Shown here: positions 37,007 through 39,456 of the stretch, piece by piece | Numbering within the stretch: the stretch's first letter is position 1 | Layout of the letters: each line of letters begins with the position of its first letter | Virus genome (UHGV): UHGV-0205415 | Strand: one strand, 5' to 3' | Source of the DNA: a virus | DNA length: 39,456 nucleotides | Notes under the pieces: model-generated | What the model saw: the letters and a program-made list of their open reading frames with translations, nothing else | Databases searched by the model: none | What the model was told of the DNA's origin: nothing | Made by a program: the position numbers and the translations under genes

Positions 37007-37905
37007 GCAATATCGTTGAATTCGTTAAACAGCAGGAGCAGTTATTCTGCGGAGCATTGACTGAACAGACGGTGACATGGGCTAAGGAAAGCCAGTTTGC
37101 AATTCAGTATTTCCAGAAAAATGATTACCTGGCTAAAACGGCACTGGCAAATCCAACCAGTGCACAGAACGCCATCATCAATGTTGCGGCGATCGGCATC
37201 ACCTTAAACCCGGCCAGCAAACTGGCTTATCTGGTTCCGCGCGACGGCATGGTTTGCCTTGATATCAGCTATATGGGATTACTTCATCTTGCGCAATCGA
37301 CAGGCTCAATTAAGTGGGGGCAATGCAAACTGGTGTACTCAAACGACACCTATGAATCAAATGGCCTTGATTCAGCACCAACTCACAAATACAACGCATT
37401 TGGAGAGCGAGGCTCTATTGTTGGTGGTTATTGCACGGTAAAAACAGCAGATGGTGACTACCTGACTGAAGAAATGAGTCTGGCAGAAATTAAAGCAGTG
37501 GAAGCAACGAGCAAGGCAAAGAATGGACCGTGGAAAACATTCTGGGAAGAGATGGCGCGTAAAACAATAGTTAAACGCGCCAGCAAATACTGGCCTAAAG
37601 CCCAGCGACTGGATAATGCCATTCACCTGCTTAACGAAGATGAAGGTATGCATCAGGAACCAGTTATGCCGCACAAATCAGAGGAAGATATCCGCGAAGA
37701 TGAACGGAAACGCCAGCAGGAAATAATGGATAAAGCACAACTTCTTTGCGATGAAATGGCTCAGGCAGAAAACATGGATGATTTGAAGCGATATTTTGCA
37801 GAAGCATATCGCCTGACATCTGGAATGAAATTGCAGCAGAACGTACAAGCCATTTACATAGAATGCAAAGCGAAACTGGAGGTTGCCAGTGAGCAAACTG
37901 TATGA
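37003..37905 (+). CDS. recT: RecT-family single-strand annealing recombinase
   Basis: RecT-like pattern NPTSAQNAIINVAAIGITLNP...AYLVP...GGYC (recalled). Confidence 0.75.
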   Translation: MSNIVEFVKQQEQLFCGALTEQTVTWAKESQFAIQYFQKNDYLAKTALANPTSAQNAIINVAAIGITLNPASKLAYLVPRDGMVCLDISYMGLLHLAQSTGSIKWGQCKLVYSNDTYESNGLDSAPTHKYNAFGERGSIVGGYCTVKTADGDYLTEEMSLAEIKAVEATSKAKNGPWKTFWEEMARKTIVKRASKYWPKAQRLDNAIHLLNEDEGMHQEPVMPHKSEEDIREDERKRQQEIMDKAQLLCDEMAQAENMDDLKRYFAEAYRLTSGMKLQQNVQAIYIECKAKLEVASEQTV

Positions 37906-38371
37906 AATAGCCAATGAATACGCAAAGCTGATGGATTCAGATTTAGAGCCAGAGATGATTGCTGACACAATAGAAGGCATGGAAGGAGAATTTACCGATA
38001 AAATAGAGCAACTTCTTGCCATTATTAAAAATGAATCTGGTTATGCTGAACGCCTCAAGGACGAGGCAAAGTCACTGAATGAACGAGCAGCAGTAATTCA
38101 AAATAAGATTGATAGCATTATGGCATATATAGCCTCATCGCTTGAAATGGTTGGCAAGAAAAAGATTAGAGCAGGTATTCACCAGGTAACAATCCGCAAA
38201 CCGTCAGAAACTGTAGAAATCATCGACTCAAGCGCCCTTCCTCCTGAATACGTTGAGTTTGAAACGACAATTAAAGCCGACAAGTTGGCAATCAAGCACC
38301 AACTAAAAGCAGGAATAAATATCCCAGGCGCTCAACTCAAGGTTGGGAAACCTTCACTTCTTATCAAATAA
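37889..38371 (+). CDS. Gp157-like protein (tentative)
   Basis: ORF 37883..38371; GTG at 37889 six nt after GGAGG gives N-terminus SKLYEIANEY typical of Gp157-family proteins (recalled, weak). Confidence 0.45.
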   Translation: MSKLYEIANEYAKLMDSDLEPEMIADTIEGMEGEFTDKIEQLLAIIKNESGYAERLKDEAKSLNERAAVIQNKIDSIMAYIASSLEMVGKKKIRAGIHQVTIRKPSETVEIIDSSALPPEYVEFETTIKADKLAIKHQLKAGINIPGAQLKVGKPSLLIK

Positions 38372-38382
38372 CGGTATCGACT

Positions 38383-38697
38383 ATGAAAAAGACTCCATGG
38401 GAGAAATGGGAAGTCGATTTCTTGCGCGAAGTGGCGGCGACAATGCCAGTTGAAGTTATCGCTGAAAAACTGGAAAGGACTGAAAAAGCAGTTATGGCGA
38501 AAGCAACAAGGATTGGCGCTGACATTGTTAGCCGACTTCGTGGAAGACGCTGGACAAGAGCCGAAGTATCACTTTTCGGTAAGTTCTCCGCAGAAGAAAT
38601 AGCAATTGCAACCTGCCGCTCAATTTATTCAGTAAGAGCTATGCGATACAAGCTAAAAAAACTCGATGAAGAAAGAGCAGGCATACGAATAAATTAA
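38383..38697 (+). CDS. hypothetical protein
   Basis: ORF track; early-left operon. Confidence 0.4.
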   Translation: MKKTPWEKWEVDFLREVAATMPVEVIAEKLERTEKAVMAKATRIGADIVSRLRGRRWTRAEVSLFGKFSAEEIAIATCRSIYSVRAMRYKLKKLDEERAGIRIN

Positions 38698-38713
38698 CAT
38701 GGAGTAATTAACA

Positions 38714-38995
38714 ATGAAGCTAAACATCGACCTCGGAAAATACGTTATTACCGGAACCAAACACGATCTGATTCTTAGCGAAAGAGGAATTATCAAAGAA
38801 GGCGAGAATGCAGGGAAAGAAACACTAAGCCGTATCGGTTATTACAGCAAGTTTGAGCATCTGGTTAAAGAATTATGCAACCGTGAAATCCTGTTATCTC
38901 AGGCGCAGACGCTACAGGATATTCAGCAGCATATCGAGACTTTAGGTGTGTCACTTAGCATGGCTATTGACCAGTTCGTGGAGAGTAAATCATGA
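38714..38995 (+). CDS. hypothetical protein
   Basis: ORF track; early-left operon. Confidence 0.4.
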   Translation: MKLNIDLGKYVITGTKHDLILSERGIIKEGENAGKETLSRIGYYSKFEHLVKELCNREILLSQAQTLQDIQQHIETLGVSLSMAIDQFVESKS

Positions 38996-39156
38996 GAGGA
39001 CTTGCATACAACCCCGGCATTCTTCCGGCAGAAATGATTATTCGCCAACGCGTAAAGCCAATGCCATCGAGAGAAGAATTGCTTAAGAGAAATTCTTTTC
39101 CATCAGTGAATCAAAACAAATATCTGAATGCGATGTGGCGGAGTGGGAAGAAATGA
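38992..39156 (+). CDS. small 54-aa ORF coupled by ATGA overlaps on both sides
   Basis: Manual translation; below track cutoff. Confidence 0.3.
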   Translation: MRGLAYNPGILPAEMIIRQRVKPMPSREELLKRNSFPSVNQNKYLNAMWRSGKK

Positions 39157-39456
39157 AACAAATGTCACTAATTGAGATGGATGGATTTCTGAAAGGTAAA
39201 TGCATCCCACGAGATTTAAAGGTTAACGAAACAAACGCTGAATATCTGGTGCGTAAATTTGCTGAAGCGGAGGCCAAGTACGCGGCGCTGGCAGCGGAGA
39301 ATGCGGGGCTAAAGGCGATATGTGATGACCGTCGCAGGTTCATCATGAATGGGGTGCAGATGGGTTATATCAAGGTGCCAGCAGCGGAAACAGATCCAGA
39401 CCTTGAGACAATTCGCATTGCTATATCACCACAAAAGCCCATTCCAGCCACCGATG
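39153..39456 (+). CDS. partial CDS running off the window end (coiled-coil early protein)
   Basis: ATG at 39153 overlapping upstream stop; open to window end; preferred over antisense track ORF 39083..39346. Confidence 0.4.
   Translation, partial: MKQMSLIEMDGFLKGKCIPRDLKVNETNAEYLVRKFAEAEAKYAALAAENAGLKAICDDRRRFIMNGVQMGYIKVPAAETDPDLETIRIAISPQKPIPATD

Noticed and set aside
39083-39346. 87-aa minus-strand ORF at window end
   Set aside because: Plus strand carries a translationally coupled ORF series with overlapping start/stop codons that fits the operon; minus ORF has no RBS
1-39456. Transposase, IS element or integron signatures
   Set aside because: No terminal inverted repeats flanking a transposase-like ORF were seen; the only recombinase is the phage integrase

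Overview
This window looks like a near-complete temperate lambdoid phage genome in the phage (attP) configuration, not an integrated prophage: integrase and tailspike genes converge 80 bp apart and there is no bacterial flanking DNA. It is a mosaic. Morphogenesis is P22-like (small/large terminase, portal, scaffold, coat, gp4/gp10/gp26-like tail proteins, gp14/7/20/16-like ejection proteins, tailspike with the P22 head-binding N-terminus). Regulation and lysis are lambda-like (N, cIII, cI, cro, cII, nut sites, nin genes, Q, pR'/tR', S-R-Rz/Rz1), with Q through R matching lambda as I recall it. Replication uses an O-like initiator with internal iterons and a DnaB-type helicase interrupted by an intein carrying LAGLIDADG motifs. 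An expanded immI-like antirepressor locus (two Mnt-like repressors, Arc, two antirepressors) lies between the tailspike and ejection-protein genes. No rRNA, tRNA, CRISPR array or transposase was found. All homology calls are from remembered protein families, not from a database search, and coordinates of small RNA and regulatory sites are approximate. The best candidates for an undescribed system are the immI-like locus with its adjacent AT-rich membrane gene, the membrane protein downstream of cI, and the unknown gene directly after N; none can be assigned a function from sequence alone.
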